64,000 nt of DNA, taken from positions 5,580,001 to 5,644,000 of the forward strand of contig OZ024752.1 of the NCBI GenBank assembly GCA_964016885.1, in the 5' to 3' direction. The first letter of the stretch is position 1, and the number at the start of each line of letters is the position of its first letter. A program made the translations under genes and the position numbers. The notes beneath the pieces were generated by a model. That model did no database searches. It saw only the letters and a list, made by a program, of their open reading frames with translations, and was not told the DNA's origin. Below are positions 24,386 to 38,225 of this stretch, one piece after another. This DNA is from Eledone cirrhosa (taxonomy: Eukaryota).

Positions 24386-25168
24386 TGAGGTGGTATCAAA
24401 AAGGTTCTGGACTAGTTATATTTAAAAAAACAAAAAAACAACATATTTACCTAAGTTTTAACATCATCTTTGAAATAGTCTCCTTGCGCAGAAAAACACC
24501 AGTCCTAGAGTTCCTGCCACTTTTGGAATCGGGCCTGGAAGTCATTTTCTGTAAGCGACTCAAGGACCTTCTGCGATTCACTCTGGTTCTTGGCAATGGT
24601 GTTAAAACGGCAACCATTGAGCTGCATTTTTCAGCTTGAATAAGAGATGGAAGTCTGCAGATGCTAAATCTAGTAAATAGGGTGGGTGCGGAAGTGATAC
24701 AATGTTATTTTTGGGTGAGAAACTCACGAGTGAGGAGAGCTCAGTGACAGAGTGCATTGTCGTGGTGAAGAATCCAATTCCTCACACTTCACAAATCTGG
24801 TTGGTTTTGCTGAATCTCCTCCTTGAAACACCTCCAAAGGTTGCAGTAGAACTCTCAATTGATGGTTGCCTCAATGCCGTAAGCTTGCCAATGCATGCTC
24901 ATTGTTTCTGTAGAAGACTTCCCAAGTTGAACACACAATTTCCCGATGGCTCGTTGTTCCAACTTCCTGTTCATAACAAAATCACAGGCTACAGCATACA
25001 TGTGATCACAAAAACACAAATTTCATAAGTTGTGAAGTGAACACAGCGATATCACTTGGCACACTGGTGCATGAGGGTCACTGCTAGCTCTCCCTGCGCA
25101 CACAACTATGTGTTGCCATCTGTTGGTGCGCTACAGAACTAGCCTGAAAAGTTTTTGATACCACCTTG
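24386..25168 (-). mobile_element. Internally deleted Tc1/mariner DNA transposon
   Basis: About 32-bp TIRs (TGAGGTGGTATCAAAAAGGTTCTGGACTAGTT and AACTAGCCTGAAAAGTTTTTGATACCACCTTG) flanked by TA. Minus strand reads EQRAIGKLCVQLGKSSTET, LHHDNA and HPPYLLDLASADFHL (decayed HPPYSPDLAPSDF). Confidence 0.92.
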
Positions 25169-25543
25169 TATACATAAAAACAATAATATATACATCATCA
25201 TCATTTTACATGTTTTCCATGCTAGCATAAAGACAATATTCATACACAGTACAGACATGCACACACAAACTCATACATCACATTGCATGAGTAGATACCT
25301 ATATACACCCGTGCATATCAAGACCCCTTTCAGTCACGAATGACCATGGGTTTTGCACCTAGAAATTTCCTCTCAGTGATATAAGACTGGACAAGATGTC
25401 TTTGTGGAAGACCAGCAGTCGCCCATGTATACCAGTTTTTCCTCTCCACACCATTGATATCTAAATGGCAATACAGCTGATATCGCAAATCATTTCTATA
25501 GATGAGTGATCTAGAGCAACATAAAATAAAGTGTCTTGCTTAA

Positions 25544-25741
25544 CCCTTTAGCATTTACATTATATTTACAATTATATTTTCACAATAATGGCTTTACCTC
25601 ACATAATTATCTTACATATCGAATCTATGAAATTTTGATATTTATTTTGAGAACAATACCTTAGCATCAGTATCAGTGGCTGGTTACAGCTGGTTTAAAC
25701 AGAAAGAGGTGAGAATTCTAGCCAATTTAAATGCTAAAAGG
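25544..25741. mobile_element. TTAA MITE nested in a minus-strand SINE (about 25320-25830)
   Basis: gtgtcttgc-ttaa|CCCTTTAGCATTTA...TAAATGCTAAAAGG|ttaa-gggcac. Removing it restores the SINE core. Confidence 0.85.
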
Positions 25742-28447
25742 TTAAGGGCACAAACATCGCTTGCTCTGAGAATCAAACTCATATCACAATTGTGATTCCA
25801 ATTCTCTTACCACTAATCCACCTGCCTTCACACTACATTATATACATAATATTTACATACATAGTATGGACTCATTCCTGAATTGTAGGGGCACCATATT
25901 GACATACTACATTTCTAGAGCGTTTTAAAAACTGGTGGAGCCCGAGGAAGTGAGGAAAAGATTGAGAGGAAGAATCGACCCCAGTATTTGACTGGTATTT
26001 TTTTTTATCAATCTTGAATGGATGAAAGGCAAAGTTGGCCTCGGCGGAATTTGAACTGAGAGAGCAGTGAGCGAGAATGAATACCGCAAAGCACGACTCT
26101 GCCAATCTGTCGTATAACACATACATAATATTTACATACAGCCATGCATACATTGAAGAGAGAAAGAGTGCTATGAACTATCTTATTTATATACACCAAT
26201 TTATACATGTTTATGATACAGAATCAAAGAGTAACTTTTTTGTTTTCAATAATAATAATAGTTTCTTACATTGGCACAAGGCCACAAATTGTAGGAGCAG
26301 TATAGTAGACTGAATTGAACCTCCAGCACATCACTACTACACAGTTTTATTGACTCCAGAAGGATGAAAGTGAAGCCCAGCAAGATTTGAATTCAGAACA
26401 TGAAGGGATAAAATGAAATAACCACAACAGGGCATTTGGTTGGAGCTCAACAACAATATTGATAATAATAATAATAATGACAATAATAATAATAATAATG
26501 ATGACAATGATGATGATAATGGCAATGATGATAATGACCTATGATGATGAGGATGATAATGATGATGGTGATAATGATAATGATGATGACAATGATAATG
26601 ATGCCTATCATCATTATTATTATTATTATTATTTTTTTATATTTTTATATTTTCATTGTTAAATTAGTCTTGCCATTGTGCACTTTTACTCGACCTTATT
26701 GTAAACCCCCACTGTCCGTGTCTTTGTATTGTCCCCTACATGTCGGCCCTTGTGGCTAATAAATGAAATCATTATTATTATTATCCAAATGTGTATGAAA
26801 GCTGAGAGTTAGTAGAGGAAAAGCACTAAGATGTGCTGTCTATGGCTTTCACAAGGACACCAGTAATCAAAGAATGATTGTCCTCAGATTTGAAATGAAA
26901 GACTCAGAATGTTTCTCCAGACCTCTGCTACTCACCACAGTAACAAGGATGGCGATTGTAGAAACACTAAATTATGTTTATCTTGATAATAATTGTTTCT
27001 ACTTTTTGGCACAAGGCCAGCAATTACCCAGTGCATTACTGGTACTTTATTTTATCGACCCCGTAAGGATGAAAGGCAAAGTTAACCTCGACGGGATTTG
27101 AACTCAGACCATAAAGGGAGGTAACTCTATGCTGGAAAGCATGGTGTTCGACCCTCTACCAATTCACCGCCATTCACCTAGATAATAATAATAATAATAA
27201 CATAGGCACAAGGCCTATAATTATATTGACAAACCCAGTATTTAACTGGTATTTTATTTTATTGACCTTGGAAGGATGAAAAGCAAAGTTAACCTCAGTG
27301 AGATTTGAACTCAGAATATAGAAAGTTGTAACTAAATACTACAATGCACCGCTGATATAATAGTAATAATGGTTTCTAATTGAGGCACAAGGTCAGCAAT
27401 TTGAAGGGGAAAGGAAAGTAATTTAAAACAATCCTAGTATTTGACAAAGGGCTGAAATTCTATGCTGCAAAGCTTGTCCGATGCTTGATGAAAAGTATTT
27501 CTTATACTGGCACAAGTCCACAAATTTGTAATTTGCAAGGGAGGGGTTATAGTTAATCCCCTAAAGGGTGATCAACTCACACACCCATTACATATTTACT
27601 GGTATATATTTTATTGAATCCTAATAGGTGAAAGGCTCAGTCATCCCCAGCAGAAATTGAACTCAATAATGATAACAACATTAATAATTGTTTCTACTTT
27701 TGGCACAAGGCCAGCAATTACCCCAGTACATTACTGGTACTTTATTTTATCGACCCCATAAGGATAAAAGGCAAAGTTAACCTCGGCGGGATTTGAACTC
27801 AGACCATAAAGGGACGTAACTGTGTTGGAAAGCATGGCGTCCGACTCTCTACCGATACTGCCAATCCAATGAATTTCTTTTAGGTAGAAAGCTAATGTTT
27901 GTAGGAGAGGGTTAAAGGTTGAGTTGACCTAAAAATATTACTGGTATTTATTTTAGAAATTACCAAAAAAATGAAAAGCAATGAGGTTACAATGAACCAA
28001 ATCAATGCTAGTAAAATAACTGGTTCTTATTTTAGCATCCCACACCACTCAAGCTGATAAGGTGTCCATCATTGCAATATCAACTTTCCAGGCCCTAATT
28101 TGAACTCAAATCATAAGGGACCATAACTAAATGCACCAGAGTATTTAGTATGGTATCACATACAACTGTTTGATAATTCACCGGAATCATAATAATTGTT
28201 TCTACATTTAGGCAAAAGGCCAGCAATTTGAAGGGAAAAGGAAAGTCAATTAATTCAACCCCAGTGTATTACTGGTACTTTATTTTAGCGACCCAGTAAG
28301 GATGAAAGGCAAAGCTAACCCAAGTGGGATTTGAACTTAGAACGTAAAGAACCGTAACTCTTACACACTCTACCGATTACTGCTACAATAATAATTTCTT
28401 TCTTTCTATATTTATTTTTTATAATAATAATTTTTTTTGTGTAATTG

Positions 28448-29424
28448 GAAAAGTGATGGACACCCCTAGAAGAGTAGAAAGTGATGGACACCCCCTAGAA
28501 GAGTAGAAAGTGATGGGCACCCCCTAGAAGAGTAGAAAGTGATGGACACCCCTAGAAGAGTAGAAAGTGATGGACACCCCCTAGAAGAGTAGAAAGTGAT
28601 GGGCACCCCCTAGAAGAGTAGAAAGTGATGGGCACCCCCTAGAAGAGTAGAAAGTGATGGACACCCCTAGAAGAGTAGAAAGTGATGGACACCCCCTAGA
28701 AGAGTAGAAAGTGATGGGCACCCCCTAGAAGAGTAGAAAGTGATGGACACCCCGAGAAGAGTAGAAAGTGATGGGCACCCCTAGAAGAGTAGAAAGTGAT
28801 GGACACCCCCTAGAAGAGTAGAAAGTGATGGACACCCCCTAGAAGAGTAGAAAGTGATGGACACCCCGAGAAGAGTAGAAAGTGATGGGCACCCCCTAGA
28901 AGAGTAGAAAGTGATGGACACCCCCTAGAAGAGTAGAAAGTGATGGACACCCCGAGAAGAGTAGAAAGTGATGGACACCCCCTAGAAGAGTAGAAAGTGA
29001 TGGGCACCCCCTAGAAGAGTAGAAAGTGATGGGCACCCCTAGAAGAGTAGAAAGTGATGGGCACCCCCTAGAAGAGTAGAAAGTGATGGGCACCCCCTAG
29101 AAGAGTAGAAAGTGATGGAGACCCCGAGAAGAGTAGAAAGTGATGGACACCCCTAGAAGAGTAGAAAGTGATGGGCACCCCCTAGAAGAGTAGAAAGTGA
29201 TGGGCACCCCCTAGAAGAGTAGAAAGTGATGGACACCCCGAGAAGAGTAGAAAGTGATGGAGACCCCGAGAAGAGTAGAAAGTGATGGACACCCCTAGAA
29301 GAGTAGAAAGTGATGGGCACCCCTAGAAGAGTAGAAAGTGATGGACACCCCTAGAAGAATAGAAAGTGATGGACACCCCGAGAAGAGTAGAAAGTGATGG
29401 ACACCCCGAGAAGAGTAGAAAGCA
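28448..29424. repeat. 28/29-bp minisatellite, about 34 copies
   Basis: Unit AGAAGAGTAGAAAGTGATGG(A/G)CACCCC(C)T. Confidence 0.98.
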
Positions 29425-29879
29425 ATTCTGAAGCTCTGGAATGGGACCTGGTGGTAATAACATCAACAACATGTGAAAATAAATAATTGTTTCTACTATT
29501 GGCACAAGGCCAGCAATTACCCAGTACATTACTGGTACTTTATTTTATCGACCCCGTAAGGATGAAAGGCAAAGTTAACCTCGGCGGGATTTGAACTCAG
29601 AATGGCAAGGGCCGTAACTCTATGCATCACTGCATGGCATCTGACCCTCTACCGATACTGCCAATCCACCAAATAAATAATAATTGTTTCTACTTTAAGA
29701 AAAAGGCCAGCAATTTGGGGGAGAGGAAAGTCGATTAAATCGACCCCAGTACATTACTGGTACTTTATTTTATCGACCTCATAAGGATGAAAGGCAAAGC
29801 TAACCTCGGTAGGATTTGAATGTAACTCTATGCCACAAAGCATGTTGTCTGATGATCTACCAATGCTGCCAATAATAAG

Positions 29880-30212
29880 CTATATTATAATAAGAGCACT
29901 GTATGTCTGTCTGTTTGTCCGTCTGTCACGCTTCCCTTTATATATAGAGAGGGGGAGTGCCAAGCGAGAGATATGTACATAGATAGAGAGAGAGAAAAGG
30001 GAATGCTGTGTGTTTTCGAGGTGACAGAAAGTTATGACTTCGCCCTCATCAGTATAGAGATAGGGGCAGCGTCAAGTGAAAGAGATGTACATAGATAAAG
30101 AGAGAGAAAAGGGAACGCCATTTGTTTAGAGAGTGAGTGTGTTTGACAGAAAGAAGACGACATCGCTGTGATCTGGTAATAATTTCCAACACACACACAG
30201 GCATATAGCTAA
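29880..30212 (+). mobile_element. Possible non-autonomous Helitron-like element
   Basis: 5' CTATATTATAATAAGAGC followed by a (GTCT)n microsatellite. 3' CACAGGCATATAGCTAAT resembles a decayed CTAG-type end. Internal about 115-bp duplication. Confidence 0.45.
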
Positions 30213-30754
30213 TTCATAACACAATCAGAAAGTCTGGAATCTTGAAGAAAGGGAACTATTGATTATAACAACCCCAGTATTTAACTGGTATTTATTTTGT
30301 CAATGGTAATAATAGAGAGTCAGCACTGACAGAAATTTTTGTTGTTTTTTCTGATAAAGAACAAGGTCCTCTGATTTTAAGAGGAAGGATAAAATGGGAT
30401 GCAGGGGATGCCTTTCCTTAAACTTTTAGGGTCATAAGTATAAAGTAAACCAGGGATTTACTCTCCTACATTTACCACATTTGTTTCAATAAAAATAATA
30501 ACTAAAAGAATCTGACCATAAAACATTGTCTCAAATAGGACCCCATGATAAATATGAAACTTTTCATGAGGTCTACAAAACGAACCCCTACTTTAGAAGG
30601 GAGAATGGTCTTAAAATGCTTGTTGTTAACCAGAAATTTGAGAGGAGAGGAACAATTGATTATATTAACATCCAGTACTTGACTGGCCCTTTATTTTATC
30701 AACCCTTCAGAAGGATGAAAGGAAAAGTCGACCTCAGCAGGATTTAAATTCAGA

Positions 30755-31428
30755 ACATATGTGGCCATTGTGGGACATATGTGGTCATTGTAGGACATAT
30801 GTAGCCATTGTGGGACATATGTGGTCATTGTGGGACATATGTGGCCATTGTGGGACATATGTGGCCATTGTGGGACATATGTGGTCATTGTAGGACATAT
30901 GTGGCCATTGTAGGACATATGTGGTCATTGTAGGACATATGTGGCCATTGTAGGACATATGTGGTCATTGTAGGACATATGTGGCCATTGTGGGACATAT
31001 GTGGCCATTGTAGGACATATGTGGTCATTGTAGGACATATGTGGCCATTGTAGGACATATGTGGTCATTGTAGGACATATGTGGTCATTGTGGGACATAT
31101 GTGGCCATTGTAGGACATATGTGGTCATTGTAGGACATATGTAGCCATTGTGGGGCATATGTGGTCATTGTAGGACATATGTGGCTATCTTGGGACATAT
31201 GTGGCCATTGTGGGACATATGTGGTCATCTTGCAACCATTGTGGGACCTATGTGGCCATTGTAGGACATATATGGCCATTGTGGGACATATGTGGCCATT
31301 GTGGGACATATGTGGTCATCTTGCGACATATGTGGCCATTGTGGGACATATGTGGGACATATGTGGCCATTGTGGGAGATATGTGGCCATTGTGGGAGAT
31401 ATGTGGCCATCTTGGGACATATGTGGCC
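30755..31428. repeat. 20-bp minisatellite, about 33 copies, inside a SINE
   Basis: Unit ACATATGTGG(C/T)CATTGT(A/G)GG, starting right after the SINE sequence ...GGATTTAAATTCAGA. Confidence 0.97.
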
Positions 31429-31911
31429 AACAACTGAAAATGTCAATAACAAAAAAAAAAAATAAAGTAATAATAACAGTTTCTGATTTAGGCAAAAGGC
31501 CAGCAATTTTGGGGGTTGGGGAAAGTCAATTAAATCGACCCCAGTGTGTTACTGGTACTTTATTTTATCGATCCTGTAAGGATGAAAGGCAAAGCTAACC
31601 TTAGCAGGATTTGAACTGAGAACGTAAAAGGACGTAACTATATGCCACAAAGCATGTGATGCTCTGCCAATTACTTCCAATACACTGCCCTCTTAATAAT
31701 AACCATAATAATAATGATGATGATGATGATGATGATAAAATAAAGAAGAGAAAGCAGAGAATGTGAGTGGTGTGTGAGAAAATAAAAAGCCACTGAAGTA
31801 AAATAGTTTTATGTAAAAACTAAACAAACCACTTCAGTTTATTATCTTTTTTTTTTCTTGTTTTTTAGTTAGCACTTTTTTTCTTCTTCTCTTGCACCAG
31901 TAAGTTATTGG

Positions 31912-31955
<44 letters not shown>

Positions 31956-32913
31956 TCGCATTATAAAAGATGTACCTTGCTTGTCTTTATAATATTTGAG
32001 CTTCATTATTTAATATTTCAAGCTTAGAACAAGGTTTGGTAGATAAATTGTAATGAGGTTTTCCATGTCTGATTTCTTTTTTTAGTTTTTTAGTAAAAAA
32101 AAAACAAACTACAATTTGTCTATGAGCATATACAGTATGTGTATGTGTGTGTGTGTCTGTTTGAGCCTGTATCTGTGTGTGTATGTTTGAGTTTGTATGT
32201 TTGAGCCTGTGTCTTTGTGTGTGCTTGAGTTTGTGCATGTATTTTATGAGTCATTGTGTGTATTTGAATGTGTTTTTGAGGTTTTTTGTGCTTTCAAGTC
32301 TGAAAGCATTTGAATCTACATGTGTTTGAGTCTACATGTCTGTGTGTGTGTGTACTGGACTTGTGTCTTTCACTGATGTGTATATATATATATATATACA
32401 CATACACACATATAAACATCTCTTTATTTGCCGTTTTCTTTATTATTATTTTTTATTTTATTTTATTTATTTTCTGGATGGCAGGAGAGAGGGGAGAAAG
32501 AAAGAGAGAGAGTGAGAGAGAGAGAGATGGAGAAGTTTACATCTTGTAAGAAAAGATGCCAAGGAAAAACTTAAAAAGGTTTTTCAAAAACAAAATAAAA
32601 AACATATGTCCAGTAAGTTATTATTATTATTATTTTAGCTCCGTTCCCCTTTTTGTTTAAGTTGTTTCTTTTGTTTTGTTCTTTTTTATCTTCAAAGCAA
32701 TAAACAACAAAAAATAAATAATAATAATTAGAACACCAACAACAACAATAATAATGATAATAATAATAATATATACAAAAATGTTCAGTGTTAAATTTGT
32801 TCCTTTGTCATTTTTTGTTTAGTGTATGTGTATATATGTGTGTATGTGTGTGTTTCATTTCACAGTTTTTGTCTTTCATTTGTATCATATATCTGGTTTT
32901 ATGCAAATGAAAG

Positions 32914-32957
<44 letters not shown>

Positions 32958-33008
32958 CTTTATGATAATAATAAATAAAAAAAAAAGAAAAGGAAAAAAA
33001 AAGAAAAA

Positions 33009-33252
33009 CTATGACAAAGAATCAGTTGAATTCTTCATATTTTCTTTGAAGTCTGGTACGGGTAGTTTTGTTGGAACAAACTGAGATTTTTCTCTGGTGG
33101 CCACTGCTTCTGATTTTGTTGTTTCTGCTTTCGTGGGTAGGTGACTAGTTACAGTGGATTTAGAGAGGTCGCCTTCTTCAACAAGTGAAGGCCATTTCGG
33201 TTGTTGGTCAACTTTACTGAGTCTCTCATTAAGTGCCTTCAATGCCAATTGT
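33009..33252 (-). CDS. TMEM115: TMEM115 exon 3 (terminal)
   Basis: ctttag|A CAA TTG..., giving RQLALKALNERLSKVDQQPKWPSL...TDSLS*. QLALKALNERL is the conserved TMEM115 C-terminal motif. Confidence 0.95.
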
Positions 33253-33878
33253 CTAAAGGATTGCAACAACAGCAGAAAAAAAAAAGAAGAAAATAAATAA
33301 TTAAGAAAAACAAAACAAAACCATTGAAGTTCTTTATACATTTACAAATGTAAATACATGGACACATGACCATAAATTTGGCAAAAATCCTGTTTTGACA
33401 TCTTAACTTCAACGATCTGAATATTGACAAAAATGCACCTTATATCAAAAATGAATTACATAGAAAGAAGGAACATAAAATATGTTTTAACCCTTTAGTA
33501 TTTACATTACTCTATATTTACTCTTATATTTCACATAATATCAAATTTTAAGAACAACACCTAACATAAGTATGAATGGCTAGTTACGGCTGGTTTGAAC
33601 AGAAAGGGGTGAGAGAATTCTGGCCAGATATGGCCAGTTTATGATACAGAATTTTACACACCTTGTGAGTTTACTTTTTAAAATATGTTGAAAGAATACG
33701 GATACTAGTATGGAAAAGTCAACATAAAAATGATAAAGATGATACATATATATATGTCATGCTGAATCTCCCTGAGAACTATGTTAAGGCTGCATCTACC
33801 TGTGGAATACCGATCCACTTGCACATTAATTCTATGAGCATGTCCCTACACTTACGCACATAGTTTTGGTCAGCTTAC

Positions 33879-34052
33879 CGTCTACGTTCTGCATCCTGAG
33901 GATCTGTGCCAGGTAATGTGACTGTGATGGTTGTTGGTGAACTGACATCATACTTCCGTTGTGGTTTCTTACAAATCCTCATCTTTACCAATGTGCTGAA
34001 TATGGTATTTGCCAAAATGCCAATGAGTGGTTGTAGCCGGCTTGGGAAAAAA
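33879..34052 (-). CDS. TMEM115: TMEM115 exon 2
   Basis: ttgtag|T TTT TTC CCA...AGA CG|gtaagc, 174 bp, FFPSRLQPLIGILANTIFSTLVKMRICKKPQRKYDVSSPTTITVTLPGTDPQDAERR. Confidence 0.96.
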
Positions 34053-35781
34053 CTACAAAAGTAAATAGATATGTAAATAAATAATTAAATCTACAACAAT
34101 TTTTCTTCCTTTTTTTATTTTTTGTCTGTCTGTTACACAACTACTATAATTCAACAAAATGGTCCTAAAATCTTTATTTAGAATTCATGTAAGACAAAAG
34201 GATGCGGTGGAGTGGGGACAAATATTCTAAATGCTTATATTTGCCTGAAGTCAGCGTTCTTTGCCAACAGTGTCCTTTTTCTTTTTCTCTTTCTTTCTTT
34301 CTCTTTCGAAACAACCAAAACACAAACAACAAATATTGCAATGTATCCCCTCCCTATGATAATATCCTTCCAGCGTCCACCAAGCCACCATCCTGGTATT
34401 TATTGATCCCAAAAGGATGGAAAAACAAAACTGACATCAGTAGTATATGAACCCAGAGTAGATTGAGGCAGAACAAATACCACAAGCTATTTTATGGTGA
34501 GAGCGAACCTCAGATCGCTGACGCTCATGGAGGAGATGATGATGGACCGTGACAAGTGGAGAGATGCTGAATAGGACCCGTCCCACCCTTGCAAGCAGGG
34601 AAAAGCGGAAATAAAATGATGAAGATGATGATGATGATTCTAATGAGTCTGCCAATTAGTCACTTCAGGTTAATGATATAAAACAAATATTGGAGAGATA
34701 CTGTATTGAGAAAGACCTATGTAACCCATGCAAGTGCAGAACAACGGATGTAAAAATGATGACAACAAAGTGTTTTCCTATATTCTAACGACTGCTAATT
34801 AGTTACCTCAAGTTAATGAAATAAAACAAATATCACATGGCATTTTGTCCTATATTCTAATCCTTCTCCTCCCTATCATGATCTGTTAGATTGGATGGGT
34901 TGTCACATCCAAGTCAAATTGGCTCTACCAATTCACCACAAAGCTTCAGATAAAAGAATTTGAAAACATTTTTTTTTAATATAAGAATATAAAGTATGAT
35001 AGAAATCTGTAACAAGATGTGTCAACAAACTTAAGAGGTTAACTAGTCGGCTTTGTTAGTAAATGTGTTTTGATTCATATATTTAGTTTTTCAACTAGGA
35101 CTATCAGGTGACACATATTAGCCTGAATTTACCAACACAGATTTGTGCAGGCAAAACTGCTTTAGAAATCTAGAATCAGATACATTTACTAAAGCCTGAC
35201 AACATTCATTACATATATTAAAGAAATGCTGGATAAGCAGTTGTGAGAAGTAGGCCTCACGCTACTCCTCAATTCTAGTACAATTTCTTAAGTAGGCAAA
35301 GAGGTGTAGAGTCAAATACTACCTCAATATAGTCTCGCTCTCTTTTTTTTTTCTGCAATCATTGTCAGTCTTTCGACTGTGGCCATGCTGGAGCATCACC
35401 AGCTGCCAGGATTTTTAGTTGTCCATATCAACCCCAGATTTGTTTCAGTCTGGTATTTTTCTTGTTGTCAATTTCTATTTATTGAATGGATAAGTATTGC
35501 CTTTTTAGTAGTGTAAAAATGTTATGTGAAGGAGTGATTTACAGATACACACAGACACATGTATACACACAGACATGTATATACACAGACACGTATATAC
35601 ACAGACACATATATACACACAGACATCATATATACACACACACATGTATATATACACACAGACATCATACCCAGTTATATAAAGAACTCAAAAGATTAGA
35701 ATGTAGAGTATTTACTTTTATTTTGCATAAAGCCCACTTTTGATACCAACATAGAGCTTATATGAAAATACATGCATGCAG

Positions 35782-37700
35782 GTGAGTGAGAGTAAATATA
35801 TGTGAGTGAGAGTAAATATATGTGAGTGAGAGTAAATATATGTGAGTGAGAGTAAATATATGTGTGTGAGAGTAAATATATGTGAGTGAGAGTAAATATA
35901 TGTGTGTGAGAGTAAATATATGTGTGTGAGAGTAAATATACGTGTGTGAGAGTAAATATATGTGAGTGAGAGTAAATATATGTGAGTGAGAGTAAATATA
36001 TGTGAGTGAGAGTAAATATATGTGTGTGAGAGTAAATATATGTGTGTGAGAGTAAATATATGTGAGTGAGAGTAAATATATGTTAGTGAGAGTAAATATA
36101 TGTGTGTGAGTAAATATATGTGAGTGAGAGTAAATATACGTGTGTGAGAGTAAATATATGTGAGTGAGAGTAAATATATGTGAGTGAGAGTAAATATATG
36201 TGAGTGAGAGTAAATATATGTGTGTGAGAGTAAATATATGTGTGTGAGAGTAAATATATGTGAGTGAGAGTAAATATATGTTAGTGAGAGTAAATATATG
36301 TGTGTGAGAGTAAATATATGTGAGTGAGAGTAAATATGTGTGTGAGAGTAAATATACGTGTGTGAGAGTAAATATATGTGAGTGAGAGTAAATATATGTG
36401 AGTGAAAGTAAATATATGTGAGTGAGAGTAAATATATGTGAGTGAGAGTAAATATATGTGAGTGAGAGTAAATATGTGTGTGTGAGAATAAATATATGTG
36501 TGTGAGAGTAAATATATGTGAGTGAGAGTAAATATATGTGAGTGAAAGTAAATATATGTGAGTGAGAGTAAATATATGTGAGTGAGAGTAAATATCTGTG
36601 AGTGAGAGTAAATATATGTGTGTGAGAGTAAATATATGTGTGTGAGAGTAAATATATGTGAGTGAGAGTAAATATATGTGAGTGAGAGTAAATATCTGTG
36701 AGTGAGAGTAAATATATGGGTGTGAGAGTAAATATATGTGAGTGAGAGTAAATATATGTGAGTGGGAGTAAATATATGTTAGTGAGAGTAAATATATGTG
36801 AGTGAGAGTAAATATATGTGTGTGAGAGTAAATATATGTGAGTGAAAGTAAATATATGTGAGTGAGAGTAAATATATGGGTGTGAGAGTAAATATATGTG
36901 AGTGGGAGTAAATATATGTTAGTGAGAGTAAATATATGTGAGTGAGAGTAAATATATGTGAGTGGGAGTAAATATATGTTAGTGAGAGTAAATATATGTT
37001 AGTGAGAGTAAATATATGTGAGTGTGAGTAAATATATGTGAGTGAGAGTAAATATATGTTAGTGAGAGTAAATATATGTTAGTGAGAGTAAATATATGTG
37101 AGTGAGAGTAAATATATGTGAGTGAGAGTAAATATATGTGTGTGAGAGTAAATATATGTTAGTGAGAGTAAATATATGTGAGAGTAAATATATGTGAGTG
37201 AGAGTAAATATATGTGAGTGAGAGTATATATATGGGTGTGAGAGTATATATATGGGTGTGAGAGTAAATATATGTGAGAGTAAATATATGTGAGTGAGAG
37301 TAAATATATGTGAGTGAGAGTAAATATATGTGTGTGAGAGTATATATATGGGTGTGAGAGTAAATATATGTGAGAGTAAATATATGTGAGTGAGAGTAAA
37401 TATATGTGAGTGAGAGTAAATATATGTGAGTGAGAGTAAATGTATATATATATGAGTGAGAGTAAATATATATATATATATATATATGTGAGTGAGAGTA
37501 AATGTATATATATATGTGTGAGTGAGAGTAAATATATATATATATGTGAGTGAGAGTAAATGTATATATATATGAGTGAGAGTAAATATATATATATATG
37601 TGAGTGAGAGTAAATGTATATATATATGTGTGAGTGAGAGTAAATGTATATATATATGTGAGTGAGAGTAAATGTATATATATGAGTGAGAGTAAATATA
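35782..37700. repeat. 20-bp minisatellite, about 95 copies (TMEM115 intron 1)
   Basis: Unit GTGAGTGAGAGTAAATATAT, degrading into TA-expanded units toward 37440-37700. Confidence 0.98.
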
Positions 37701-38225
37701 TGTGTGTGTGTATACACACACACACATATATATATTGTGCACTTGGGTGTCTCTCTGTTATCTTGGCTATCAGTAGCTGAGCATCTTATATCCACTCAGT
37801 ATTGATGGTCAAGTGAATGAGTACTCAATACCATATAATGGTGGTAAGTAGTAATTGAAAGCCATCCCTCTCAAACAAAACATATGCTACAAACATTAAC
37901 TCTATGTCAGCAAGATAAATGAGAGAAATATATCCCTATTGTAAAACTTACAACACTGTTTTGCTCCCCTATCAACATTGGTAAATATTAAGGCAGTAGT
38001 TTTGATGATAGTAATGGGCTGAACTAAGATGGTGATATAACAAAAAAAGCAGCCAGTCCATCTTGGTAGATGGTATTTTTGGTGCCATCCAACCACAGAA
38101 ACTAAGCCAAAATACAGATCTGTAAGAGCAAGACATGGTCACCTAACCTGACATGTCTCATAACATGACAATCCATCCAACACATGGAAAATGGATGTAA
38201 AACAATGATGGTGATGATTCTACTG

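Larger units (their letters stand above)
25950..31690 (-). mobile_element. Cluster of more than 10 co-oriented copies of one tRNA-derived SINE family
   Basis: Recurrent + strand string GGCACAAGGCCAGCAATT...ACTGGTACTTTATTTTATCGACCCCGTAAGGATGAAAGGCAAAGTTAACCTCGGCGGGATTTGAACTCAG at about 25980, 26270, 27005, 27200, 27505, 27700, 28210, 29500, 29700, 30660 and 31490. Minus-strand B box GTTCAAATCC. Confidence 0.88.

Noticed and set aside
30030-30060. CTGATGA...GAA on the minus strand as a hammerhead
   Set aside because: Only 4 nt between the boxes, so there is no helix II, and GAAG replaces GAAA.
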